DNA of 64,000 nt from Thermoanaerobaculia bacterium (GTDB lineage: Bacteria; Acidobacteriota; Thermoanaerobaculia; Multivoradales; JAHEKO01): contig JBFGCA010000004.1 in assembly GCA_041567315.1 (NCBI GenBank), positions 20,922 to 84,921 on the forward strand, in the 5' to 3' direction. The notes beneath the pieces were generated by a model, which saw only the letters and a program-made list of their open reading frames with translations, was not told where the DNA came from and made no database searches. Every line of letters begins with the position of its first letter. The first letter of the stretch is position 1. Shown here piece after piece: positions 49,507-60,857 of the stretch. The position numbers were made by a program, and so were the translations under genes.

Positions 49507-51333
49507 TCAGCCGTCGGTCCCGGCCGGCCGCTCTTCGATCCAGCGGTCGACCTGCCGCCCCAGCAGCGCCAGCGGCATCTCGCCGCTGCCCAGCACCACG
49601 TCGTGGAAGGCGCGGAGGTCGAACCTCTCGCCGAGGCGCTCGCGGGCGCGCCGCCGCAGCTCGAGGATCTCGAGCTGGCCCACCTTGTAGGCGCAGGCCT
49701 GCCCGGGCGACACGATGTAGCGCTCGATCTCGGCGACCACGTCGGTCTCGGGCATGCCGGTGGCGGCCAGCATGTAGTCGATGGCCTGCCGGCGGGTCCA
49801 GCGCTGGGCGTGGATCCCGGTGTCGACGACCAGCCGGGCGGCCCGGAAGAGCTGGCCGGTGAGGTAGCCAAGGCGGTCGAACGGGTCCTGCTGGTAACCC
49901 TCCTCGGCGGCCAGCCGCTCGGCGTACAGCGCCCAGCCCTCGCTGTAGGCGGTAAACGGGATGACGCGGCGGAAGAAGGGCACGCCGGTCAGCTCCTGGG
50001 CGATCGAGCCCTGGAAGTGGTGCCCCGGTACCGCCTCGTGGTAGGCCAGGGTGCGCATCCCGAAGCGCGGGATCTCCTTGACGCTGCGCAGGTTGATGAA
50101 GAACTTGCCCGGCTCGGAGCGGTCGAGCGGCGCCCCCTGGTAGTAGGCGCCGGGGGCGGTGGTCTGCTTGAACTCGGGGACCCGCTCGACCTTCACGCCT
50201 ACGGTCGGGCGGAGGCCGAAGAGACGGTCCATGCCGGCGTCGATCTCGTCGATGATCGCCTGGAAGTCGTCGATGATCCGCCGCCGGCCCTCCTGGTCGT
50301 CGGAGTAGAGGAAGCGGGGCTCCTCGTTGAGGGCGTTCATGGTCGCCGCCAGGTCGTCGGTCGGGTCGCCCTGGGAAGCCAAGATCTCGAGCATCTCGGC
50401 CTGGATCGCCGCGACCTCGGCCAGGCCCAGGCGGTGGATCTCGTCGGCGCTCATCCCGGTGGTGGTGTGGTGGCGCAGCGTCCAGGCGTAGAACGCCTCG
50501 CCGTCGGGGAGCTTCCAGACCCCGTCGTCGTCGGTGGCGATCCCGGCCTGGCCGGCGAAGAAGTCGATCAGCCGCCGGTAGGCCGGGTAGACGACGTCGG
50601 TCAGTTCGCGCTCGAGGCGCGCCAGCAGCGCGGTGCCGCGCGCGCTCTCGGCCTCGCCCAGCCCGGCCAGCTTGCCGCGCAGATGGGCGTAGAGCAGGTG
50701 GTCGGCGGGCGGCGGCGCGATGAAGCCGCGCATCTCTTCGAGCACCCGCTCGATGACGAAGCGGGGCGGCACGATCCCCATCTCTTCGCGCAGCCGCAGG
50801 TCCTCGAGCACCTGGTCGAAGGCGGTGCCGAACTTGGCGACCCGGGTCACGTACTGGCGGGCGCCGCGCAGGTCGTCGACCCGGTGGGTGTTGATCATGA
50901 AGTCGGGCAGGTCGCTCTGGATGCCAAAGAGCTGGTTGACCGGATAGCCGTGGAACAGGTAGCGATTGCCCTCCTGGGCGTCGGCCAGGAACCACTCGAG
51001 GACGTCGAAGGACAGCCGGCCGGCCTCGTCGAGCGAGTCGCGGTCGTAGCTCCGCAGGGTGGCGAGCTGGTGGTCCAGCCACCGCGCCTCGCGGCGCGCG
51101 AACTCGACCGACTGGTCGTCGAGGTCGTCGTTGTGGAACTGGAGCCCCAGCGGCTCCAGGATCCGCATCGAGGACAGCATCTGCGGGTGACGCAGCGCGA
51201 ACTGGAGAAAGACCCGGGCGTAGAAGTGGTCGATCGACCACGGCTTGAGCCACCAGGTGGGCACCAGGAAGGCGAGGGCGGCGAGCAGCAGGACGACGGC
51301 GCCGATCAGCGCCAGGCGCGCGAGTCGTTTCAT
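49507..51333 (-). CDS. DUF885 family protein (putative metallopeptidase)
   Basis: 608 aa with signal/anchor. Conserved HEAVPGHHFQ motif of DUF885. Confidence 0.7.
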   Translation of the reverse strand: MKRLARLALIGAVVLLLAALAFLVPTWWLKPWSIDHFYARVFLQFALRHPQMLSSMRILEPLGLQFHNDDLDDQSVEFARREARWLDHQLATLRSYDRDSLDEAGRLSFDVLEWFLADAQEGNRYLFHGYPVNQLFGIQSDLPDFMINTHRVDDLRGARQYVTRVAKFGTAFDQVLEDLRLREEMGIVPPRFVIERVLEEMRGFIAPPPADHLLYAHLRGKLAGLGEAESARGTALLARLERELTDVVYPAYRRLIDFFAGQAGIATDDDGVWKLPDGEAFYAWTLRHHTTTGMSADEIHRLGLAEVAAIQAEMLEILASQGDPTDDLAATMNALNEEPRFLYSDDQEGRRRIIDDFQAIIDEIDAGMDRLFGLRPTVGVKVERVPEFKQTTAPGAYYQGAPLDRSEPGKFFINLRSVKEIPRFGMRTLAYHEAVPGHHFQGSIAQELTGVPFFRRVIPFTAYSEGWALYAERLAAEEGYQQDPFDRLGYLTGQLFRAARLVVDTGIHAQRWTRRQAIDYMLAATGMPETDVVAEIERYIVSPGQACAYKVGQLEILELRRRARERLGERFDLRAFHDVVLGSGEMPLALLGRQVDRWIEERPAGTDG

Positions 51334-51403
51334 GGGATCTCCTCCGAGAGCCGGTTGCTCTTCCCGTCGCGTCCTACGGAGGACCGCGGCGAGAAGTTCC
51401 GCC

Positions 51404-51934
51404 CTACGCCTGGTTGGCGACGTCGATGGTGCCGATGTAGGGCAGGGTGCGGTACCGGTCGGCGTAGTCGAGACCGTAGCCCACCACCCAGACGTCGGGG
51501 ATGTCGAACCCGAGGTAGTCCAGGTCGACCGGCACCTGGAGCCGCGACGGCTTGCGCACCAGCGCGCGGGTCTTGACCGAGGCCGGCCGGCGCGCCTTCA
51601 GCAGGCGGGTCAGGTAGTCGAGGGTGTGGCCGGTGTCGACGATGTCCTCGACCACCAGCACGTGCTTGCCGCCGACGTCGGAGCGCAGGTCCATGATCAG
51701 CCGCACCCGGCCGGCCACGTCGCCGTCGGGATAGCTCGACAAGGCGATGAAGTCGGCCCGCCGCGGCACCGTCAGGCGGCGCGACAGATCGGCCAGGAAG
51801 ATGAAGGCGCCGCGCAGCACCCCCACCAGGTAGAGCTCATCGACCGCCCGGTAGTCCTCGGAGATCTGCGCCGCCAGCTCGTCGACCCGCCGGGCGATCT
51901 GCTCTTCACCGAGCAGGACCGGGGGCGCCGTCAC
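51404..51934 (-). CDS. hpt: Hypoxanthine-guanine phosphoribosyltransferase
   Basis: GTG start within ORF 51404..52129. PRPP-binding motif VLVVEDIVDTGHTL. Confidence 0.85.
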   Translation of the reverse strand: MTAPPVLLGEEQIARRVDELAAQISEDYRAVDELYLVGVLRGAFIFLADLSRRLTVPRRADFIALSSYPDGDVAGRVRLIMDLRSDVGGKHVLVVEDIVDTGHTLDYLTRLLKARRPASVKTRALVRKPSRLQVPVDLDYLGFDIPDVWVVGYGLDYADRYRTLPYIGTIDVANQA

Positions 51935-52557
51935 GCCGGCAGCCGCTCGGCCCGGTTGCGGTAGAGCTGGCGATCGACCACCGCCGCCATCGCCTCGACG
52001 TCGAGGTCGCGACCCAGGAAGTCGCGGATCCGGGTCGCCTCCGCCGCCGGCTCGTCGAGCACCCGGCGGTAGTCGAGCTCCAGGGACTCGAACCACGGCC
52101 GGTGCTTGAGCAGGTAGGCGGCGCGCCACAGGTCGCCCTCGAACAGCTCCATCATCCGCTCGTCGGTGGCGTCGGCGCTCTCGCCGCGGCGGGCCAGCAT
52201 CTTGGCCTGCGAGGCCAGCACCTCGCGCAGGTCGCGGCGCATCAGCAGGACCCGATAGTTGTTGTCGGCCGGCAGCTCCTTGAGCAGGTAGGAGATGATC
52301 TTGATCGCCTTGCCGCGGGCCGCCGCCAGCCAGTTCCAGTCGGTCTCCTTTGCCAGTTCCTTGACCCGCTCCAGCTCGAAATAGCCCTTGGGGTTGTCCT
52401 CGTCGGCGGTGCGGACGCCGTCGACCACCAGCTGCATGCCGCTGGCCTCGAGCATCTTCATGGTCATCGAAGTGCCCGACCGCGGCAGCCCCGAGACCAC
52501 CACGATGGGCTCACCGAAACGGGCCCGGCGATAGATGCGGCGCAGGTTCGGTGCCAT
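51931..52557 (-). CDS. Sulfotransferase family protein (PAPS-dependent)
   Basis: 208 aa. 5'-PSB-like loop VVVSGLPRSGTS. Stop overlaps the hpt start by 4 nt. Confidence 0.65.
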   Translation of the reverse strand: MAPNLRRIYRRARFGEPIVVVSGLPRSGTSMTMKMLEASGMQLVVDGVRTADEDNPKGYFELERVKELAKETDWNWLAAARGKAIKIISYLLKELPADNNYRVLLMRRDLREVLASQAKMLARRGESADATDERMMELFEGDLWRAAYLLKHRPWFESLELDYRRVLDEPAAEATRIRDFLGRDLDVEAMAAVVDRQLYRNRAERLPA

Positions 52558-52635
52558 CCTCCAGCCTCGTGCGTTATGATAGCAATCCTCGCCTCGACGC
52601 CCCGCGTCACGACGTACCGCGGGCACCCCCTCGGA

Positions 52636-54896
<2,261 letters not shown>

Positions 54897-54900
<4 letters not shown>

Positions 54901-56915
54901 CCGATCGATCCAACCGACGGCAGGGGAGCATCCGGGCGGCGAGTCGGGCGCGCTGGCGGCTGCCGGTCATGGCGGTGCTGGCGATCCTGGGCGCGGCGGG
55001 CATGGCGGCGCTCTCCTGCGCCGGCGGCGCCGCCTCAACGGCGGCCGGCCAGCGGGTCATCGTCCTCGGCTTCGACGGCATGGACCACGAGGTCGTGCGC
55101 CGGCTGATGGCCGAGGGCCGGTTGCCCAACATGCGCAAGCTGGCCGAGCGCGGGAGCTTCGCGCCGCTCGAGACCTCGGTGCCGCCGCAAAGCCCGGTGG
55201 CCTGGTCCAACTTCATCACCGGCATGGACTCCGGAGGGCACGGCATCTTCGACTTCGTCCACCGCGATCCGGCGACCATGCTGCCGTACCTGTCGACCAG
55301 CCGCACCGAGGCCCCCGACCGCTTCCTCGAGCTGGGCCGCTGGCAGGTGCCGCTTTCGGCCGGCAAGGTGGAGCTGCTGCGCCACGGCAAGCCGTTCTGG
55401 CAGGCGCTCGAGGAGCACGGCGTGGAGACCACCATCGTCCGCATGCCGGCCAACTTCCCGCCCTCGGGCGAGGCCACCCGCGAGCTGTCGGGGATGGGGA
55501 CCCCCGATCTGCTGGGTACCTCCGGCACCTTCTCGTTCTACACCTCGGAGCTGTTCGCCTTCCAGGGGCAGGACGTCACCGGCGGCAACGTCTACGAGGT
55601 CTACCCCTACGAGGGCAGGGTCGAGGCCAGCCTCCACGGTCCCGACAACCCGTTCCGCAAGGAAAAGGAGAAGGTGGAGCTGCCGTTCACCGTGTTCATC
55701 GACCCGGCCGAGCCGGTGGTCAAGCTGGAGGTCGGGGGCGAGGAGCTGGTGCTGGCGGTCGGGGAGTGGAGCGACTGGATGGCGGTGGACTTCCCGCTGG
55801 CGCCCACCCAGAGCCTGCGCGCCGCGGTGCGGTTCTACTTGAAGCAGGCCCACCCCGAGCTCGAGCTCTACGCCTCGCCGCTCAACATCGACCCGCTGGC
55901 GCCGGCGATGCCGATCTCGACGCCGGGCTCGTGGGCCGCCGATCTGGCCGAGGGCACCGGCGGCCGCTACTACACGCAGGAGATGCCGGAGGACACCAAG
56001 GCGCTGTCGAACGGCGTGTTCACCACCGAGGAGTTCCTGGCCCAGGCGCGGATCACCGGCGAGCAGTTCATCGACCAGTACTGGTGGGTCCTCGACCGCT
56101 TCGAGCGCGGGCTGCTGTTCTACTACTTCGGCAACCTGGACCAGACCTCGCACATGATGTGGCGGGCGATGGACCCGGAGCACCCGGCCTACGACCCCGA
56201 GAAGGACGGACCGTTCGCCGGCGAGATCGAGAGGATCTACGAGCAGCTCGACGGCGTGGTCGGCCAGACCCTCGAGCGGATGGGCGAGGACACCCTGCTG
56301 GTGGTGATGTCGGACCACGGTTTCACCAGCTGGCGGCGCGCCTTCCACCTCAACAGCTGGCTCCGGGACAACGGCTACGTGGTGCTCAAGGACCCGCGAC
56401 GGAGGGACGATCCGGGGCTGTTCCTCAACGTCGACTGGACGCGGACGCGGGCCTACGCGCTGGGTCTCAACGGCCTCTATCTCAACCTCCAGGGTCGCGA
56501 GAGCCGCGGCATCGTTCCCCCCGGCGAGCGGCAAGCGCTGATGGAGGAGATCGCCGGCAAGCTGCTCGAGGTGATCGACCCGGCGACCGGCCAGCCGGCG
56601 ATCACCAGGGTCTACCGCCGCGAGCAGGTCTACCGCGACCGCGGGCAGCTCGAGATCGGTCCCGACCTGCTGGTCGGCTACGCCAAGGGCACCCGCGGCT
56701 CCAACCAGTCGGCGCTCGGCGAGTTCCCGCCCGAGGTGATCGTCGACAACGACGAGCCGTGGAGCGGCGACCACTGCATGGACCACGAGGCGGTGCCCGG
56801 CATCCTGCTGACCAGCCGGCCGCTGGCCCGGCCGGCCGCCAGCCTCAAGGAGCTGGCGGCGTCGATCCTGGCCGAGTTCGGGGTCGGCGGGTTTCCGGCC
56901 GCGGCGGCCGGCTAG
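54897..56915 (+). CDS. Alkaline-phosphatase-superfamily protein (NPP-like), paralog of the upstream gene
   Basis: Same motif set (LGFDGMDH, PQSPVAWSNFITG, GGHGIFDF, VMSDHGF, WSGDHC). Start overlaps the upstream stop (ATGA). Confidence 0.75.
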
Positions 56916-56960
56916 CCGCAGCCGGCGGCCTTCGTAGAGGACCGAGATTCGGAGACGACA

Positions 56961-57155
56961 ATGTTCGGAAAGAAATCAGTCAAGCTCGAGGCGGAGCTGG
57001 TGGCCAAGGTCAAGCGCTACGCCGACATCGCCGGCTACTCGTCGGTCGAGGAGTTCATCACCCACGCCCTCGACAAGGAGCTGGCCAAGCTGGAGGACGC
57101 GGACTCCGAGGAGGAGATCCGCAAGCGGCTGCAGGGGCTGGGCTACATCTCGTAG
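56961..57155 (+). CDS. Small ribbon-helix-helix (CopG/Arc-like) protein
   Basis: 64 aa, MFGKKSVKLEAELVAKVKRYADIAGYSSVEEFITHALDKELAKL. Beta-strand then two helices. GGAGACGACA ribosome-binding-site-like sequence upstream. Confidence 0.5.
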   Translation: MFGKKSVKLEAELVAKVKRYADIAGYSSVEEFITHALDKELAKLEDADSEEEIRKRLQGLGYIS

Positions 57156-57185
57156 CCGCACCCGGGTGCGCGGTCCATCGTTGCG

Positions 57186-58007
57186 ATGCGCTTGCTGAAT
57201 CTCCTGGTGGGGACCCTCGTCGACGGTCTCCTGTGGCCGTTTCGCGGTCTGCCGCCGCTGGCCGGGCTGACCGTGGTCTCGCTGCTGACCGCGATCGGCA
57301 TGCTGCTGGTCTTCAAGGCCACCTCCGATCAGCCGGGACTCGAGGCGGTCAAGCGCCGCATCCACGCCTGCCTTTTCGAGATCCGGCTGTTCAACGACGA
57401 CCTGCGGGCGATCCTCAGGGCCCAGCTCGAGATCCTGCGCCACAACCTGCGCTACTTCCGGCTGTCGCTGGTGCCGCTGGTGTGGATCCTGCCGCCGCTG
57501 GTGCTGGTGGTCGCGCAGCTCCAGGCCCACTACGGCTACCGGGGGCTCGAGCCCGGGCAGGCGGTGCTGCTCTCGGTGGAGCTGGAGAAGGCACCGGCCG
57601 ACAGCCCGCGGCCGGCGGTCGCGGTCGAGCTGCCGGCCGGGCTCGAGCTCGAGACGCCGGGGGTCTGGATCCCGTCGCGGGGCGAGCTCACCTGGCGGCT
57701 GGCCGCCGAGCGTCGGGGCGACTTCGAGCTGGCGGTCGAGATCGGCGGCCAGCGCTTCCAGAAGCGCGTGCGCGCCTCGGAGCGGGCGGTCCGCCGCTCG
57801 CCGCGGCGCCATCTGGGCGGCTTCGTGGACCAGCTGCTCTATCCCAGCGAGCCGCCGCTGCCGGCCGATGGACCGGTCAAGGCGATCCGCGTCGCCTACC
57901 CCGAGGACCCGGTGGTGGCCTTCATGCCCCGATGGATGTGGATCTACTTCCTGCTCGCCGTGGTCTTCGCCTTCGTGCTCCGCAGACGCTTTGGCGTGAC
58001 CATCTGA
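57186..58007 (+). CDS. Hypothetical membrane protein (three TM helices with a central soluble domain)
   Basis: 273 aa, GC3-rich. TM helices at the N-terminus, middle (LVPLVWILPPLVLVVAQL) and C-terminus (MWIYFLLAVVFAFVL). Confidence 0.55.
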   Translation: MRLLNLLVGTLVDGLLWPFRGLPPLAGLTVVSLLTAIGMLLVFKATSDQPGLEAVKRRIHACLFEIRLFNDDLRAILRAQLEILRHNLRYFRLSLVPLVWILPPLVLVVAQLQAHYGYRGLEPGQAVLLSVELEKAPADSPRPAVAVELPAGLELETPGVWIPSRGELTWRLAAERRGDFELAVEIGGQRFQKRVRASERAVRRSPRRHLGGFVDQLLYPSEPPLPADGPVKAIRVAYPEDPVVAFMPRWMWIYFLLAVVFAFVLRRRFGVTI

Positions 58008-58385
58008 CGCCGACGGTCCGCGGGCCTGTTCGCGAAGTCCGCCCCAGGAGGGACCGGCCGCCTCGAGGGCGGCCGGCGCGGGGTTGGGGGGCGGGGGACT
58101 GGCGGGGGTCAGGCCCGGAGGCACCGGGCCGGAGAGAGCCGTCGTCCGATCCGTTTCCCGAGGGAGGAAGGTCGATCGGTCATGGCGTCACTTTGCGGCA
58201 GCAAGCCAGGTGCCAGCCGTTTCGCCGCGAGGTGCCACCCACTTGGTGCGGGGGACGCGGATTTGCAGGGGAATCCTCGTAACCCTCGATTTCTCAATAT
58301 TATAGGTTGACTTCACGGACGATCGTTGGCGGGGTTGCAGGGGTCTTTCAGGCCCGCGGACCGGGCCCTGCGGTCATGGACGTTG

Positions 58386-58420
58386 CCAATTTGTTGTCGT
58401 CCGGGAGTTCCAAAAATTGG
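58386..58420. promoter_or_regulatory. Inverted repeat CCAATTT-N21-AAATTGG in an AT-rich intergenic region upstream of the PilZ-AMIN gene; candidate operator
   Basis: 7-bp perfect inverted repeat. The surrounding 150 bp is the most AT-rich stretch in the window (ttctcaatattataggttgacttcac). Confidence 0.2.
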
Positions 58421-58513
58421 AGGCGGGTCCGGTGGCCGAATTGCGGTCGGGGACCCGCGGCCGTCCACTAGAATCCGCCCCAGCGTCCCCACTTAGGTGC
58501 CTACGCCCGAGCG

Positions 58514-60046
58514 ATGACCGACTACGATCCCTCGCGACCGATTCCGATCGAATCGAAGCGCGTGCCGCTGGAGCGCGAGGTGGCGCTGCAGTTCCAGAAC
58601 TTCAGCGGCTTCATCCACCAGTACTCGCACAACATCTCGATGGGCGGGATCTTCATCAAGTCGGTCGATCCGCGCCCGGCCGGCAGTCTGTGCCGGCTCG
58701 AGTTCCGGCTCGCCGACGGCTACAAGCTGATCGAAGGGCGGGGCGAGGTGATCTGGGTGCGCGACCGGGACGAGAGCCCGGAGCGCCCCGCGGGGATGGG
58801 GATCCGCTTTCTGGAGCTCGAGCCCGAGAGCCAGCGGCTGATCCGGCGCATGGTGGAAGAGCACGAGCGAAAGGGCGGCAAGCCGTTCGACGTCGACCGG
58901 GTCCCCCGGGGGGCAGAGGAGGCTCCGCCGGCCTCGCCACCGCCGCCCGCTTCGACGAGCGGCCCGCCGGGCGACGGGGCCGCCGAACCGGCCGCCCCGG
59001 AGGCGGGCACCCCGGAGGCCGGCGCGTCGGAGGTTGGCACCCCCGAGGCTGGCGGCACGGGCGGCGCAGCGAAGGCGCCCGCCCTCGCGACCGGCAAGTT
59101 CCAGCTGCCCGATCTCGACGAGAAGACCTCGACGCCCGGCGGGCTCGGGCCGCCGCTGCTCGAGCCCTCGCCCGGCCCGGTGGTCGCTGGCCCGGCCCCC
59201 GCCGCGGTCTCCGGCGGCACCGCCTCGGTCGGCCGCCGTCGCGGTCGGCGGGCGGTGCTGGTCGGCCTCGTGCTGGCCGCCGTAGCCGGTGCGGGCGCCT
59301 ATGTCTGGGTGGAGCGGCCGGAGCTCCTGGGGCTCGGAGGGACGGATCTCGCTCGAACCCCGGCCGCCGGCCCGGAGCCGCCCGCCGTCGCCGACGGCTC
59401 GACGCCCGCCCGCGGGCGTCCCGCGGCCCCGCCGAGCGGAGCGGCGGAGAGCCTCCCCGCGGAAGACGACGCCGCGCCGGCGGGCGAAGGCGAGGCCGCC
59501 ACCGGGGGAGTCGGCAGTAGGGGAGCCGGCCCTGCGGGGGCCGCCCGCGAGCCCGAAGGACCGGCCGAAGAGACCGCCGCGGAGACGGCGCCAGAGGAGC
59601 CGCCGTTGGGCCCGGCGGTCCCTCCGGCGGCGGCGGGCACCGGGACGGGAGCGGTCGCCACCGAACCACCGGCCGCCGCCGGTCCGTCGTCCGGTCTCGG
59701 TGTCCTCGAGCGGGTCACCTGGCGCCGCGAAGACGCCTGGCTGGTGGTCGAGCTGACCACCGCGGGCGAGGTGACCCCGGCCTCCTTCGTCTCGACGCGG
59801 CTCGAGGGGACCGCCGAGTCGCGCCACCTGGTCCGGCTGCTGGGGATCGGGGAGCCGTTCCGCAGCTCGGCCCTGAACGTCGGCGAGCCCGAGCTGCGCC
59901 GCATCCGGACCGGCCACCACCCCGGATCCGGCGGCGGCGAGCTGCACGTGGTGTTGGACCTGGCGCGGCCCCGGGTCGAGGTCGCCCGCGCCGAGACCGC
60001 CGGCCGCACCCTGCGGCTCTACCTGGCCGCCGCCCCGGGTGGTTAG
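58514..60046 (+). CDS. PilZ-domain protein with Pro/Ala/Gly-rich linker, TM segment and C-terminal AMIN-like domain
   Basis: N-terminal PilZ (RVPLEREVALQFQNFSGFIHQYSHNISMGGIFIKS). TM helix (AVLVGLVLAAVAGAGAYVWV). C-terminal beta-rich domain (VTWRREDAWLVVELTTAGEV...HVVLDLARP...LRLYL) resembling AMIN. Confidence 0.7.
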   Translation: MTDYDPSRPIPIESKRVPLEREVALQFQNFSGFIHQYSHNISMGGIFIKSVDPRPAGSLCRLEFRLADGYKLIEGRGEVIWVRDRDESPERPAGMGIRFLELEPESQRLIRRMVEEHERKGGKPFDVDRVPRGAEEAPPASPPPPASTSGPPGDGAAEPAAPEAGTPEAGASEVGTPEAGGTGGAAKAPALATGKFQLPDLDEKTSTPGGLGPPLLEPSPGPVVAGPAPAAVSGGTASVGRRRGRRAVLVGLVLAAVAGAGAYVWVERPELLGLGGTDLARTPAAGPEPPAVADGSTPARGRPAAPPSGAAESLPAEDDAAPAGEGEAATGGVGSRGAGPAGAAREPEGPAEETAAETAPEEPPLGPAVPPAAAGTGTGAVATEPPAAAGPSSGLGVLERVTWRREDAWLVVELTTAGEVTPASFVSTRLEGTAESRHLVRLLGIGEPFRSSALNVGEPELRRIRTGHHPGSGGGELHVVLDLARPRVEVARAETAGRTLRLYLAAAPGG

Positions 60047-60124
60047 GTTGCCTCGCCGGGCGGGCTCGGACAGAATAGGTCGATGTGCGGGGCCGCCCGG
60101 CGGCGGCCCACGGAGTGCGAATCC

Positions 60125-60694
60125 ATGGCTTCCATCGACGCCAACAACTGCCGTCCGGGGACCAAGCTGCTGCTCGGCGGCGAGCTCTACACGGTGCTCG
60201 AGCGGGCCCACCACAAGCCCGGCAAGGGCGGCGCCTTCGTGCGCTTCAAGCTCAAGGGCATCGTCAGCGGCAAGGTGATCGACCACACCGTGCGGGCCGG
60301 CACCCGGATGGAAACGGCCGCCGTCATCACCCAGCCGATGCAGTACCTCTATCAGCAGGGAGACAACTACGTCTTCATGCACACGGAGACCTACGAGCAG
60401 CTCACCGTGCCGGACGAGCTGATCGGCTTCGCCGCCCAGTTCCTGGTCGAGAACGCCGAAGCCCAGGTCACCATGTACGAGGGCCGGCCGATCGGCGTCC
60501 AGCTGCCCCAGAAGATGGAGTTCGAGGTCACCGAGACCATCGACGACGCGGCCCGCGGCAACACCGCGACCAGCGCCACCAAGGAGGCCAAGCTGGAGAC
60601 CGGACTGGTCGTGCAGGTGCCGCTGTTCATCAAGACCGGAGATCGCGTCCGCGTGTCGACCGACGACGGCGCCTACCTCGAGCGTGCGGGTTGA
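60125..60694 (+). CDS. efp: Translation elongation factor P
   Basis: 189 aa, MASIDANN...KPGKGGAFVRFKLKG. Three OB-like domains. ATG inside ORF 60083..60694. Confidence 0.9.
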   Translation: MASIDANNCRPGTKLLLGGELYTVLERAHHKPGKGGAFVRFKLKGIVSGKVIDHTVRAGTRMETAAVITQPMQYLYQQGDNYVFMHTETYEQLTVPDELIGFAAQFLVENAEAQVTMYEGRPIGVQLPQKMEFEVTETIDDAARGNTATSATKEAKLETGLVVQVPLFIKTGDRVRVSTDDGAYLERAG

Positions 60695-60857
60695 GGCCGC
60701 CGCCCACCCCTCCATCCGAGACCACTGCATGAGCCCTGCAGCGAGCGCGGCCCGCCGGCCGGCGGTCGACCCGCCCCGACGGCGTCAGGGGGGCGGGCAC
60801 AGATGCCGGACCCGCCACGGGCCGCCTGCCAGAGGTTCCGGCCCAGGGCATTTGCGC

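Noticed and set aside
58300-58340. Sigma-70 promoter assignment from the TTGACT hexamer and TATAAT (opposite strand).
   Set aside because: The two hexamers are on opposite strands or lack proper 17-bp spacing, so I made no confident promoter call.
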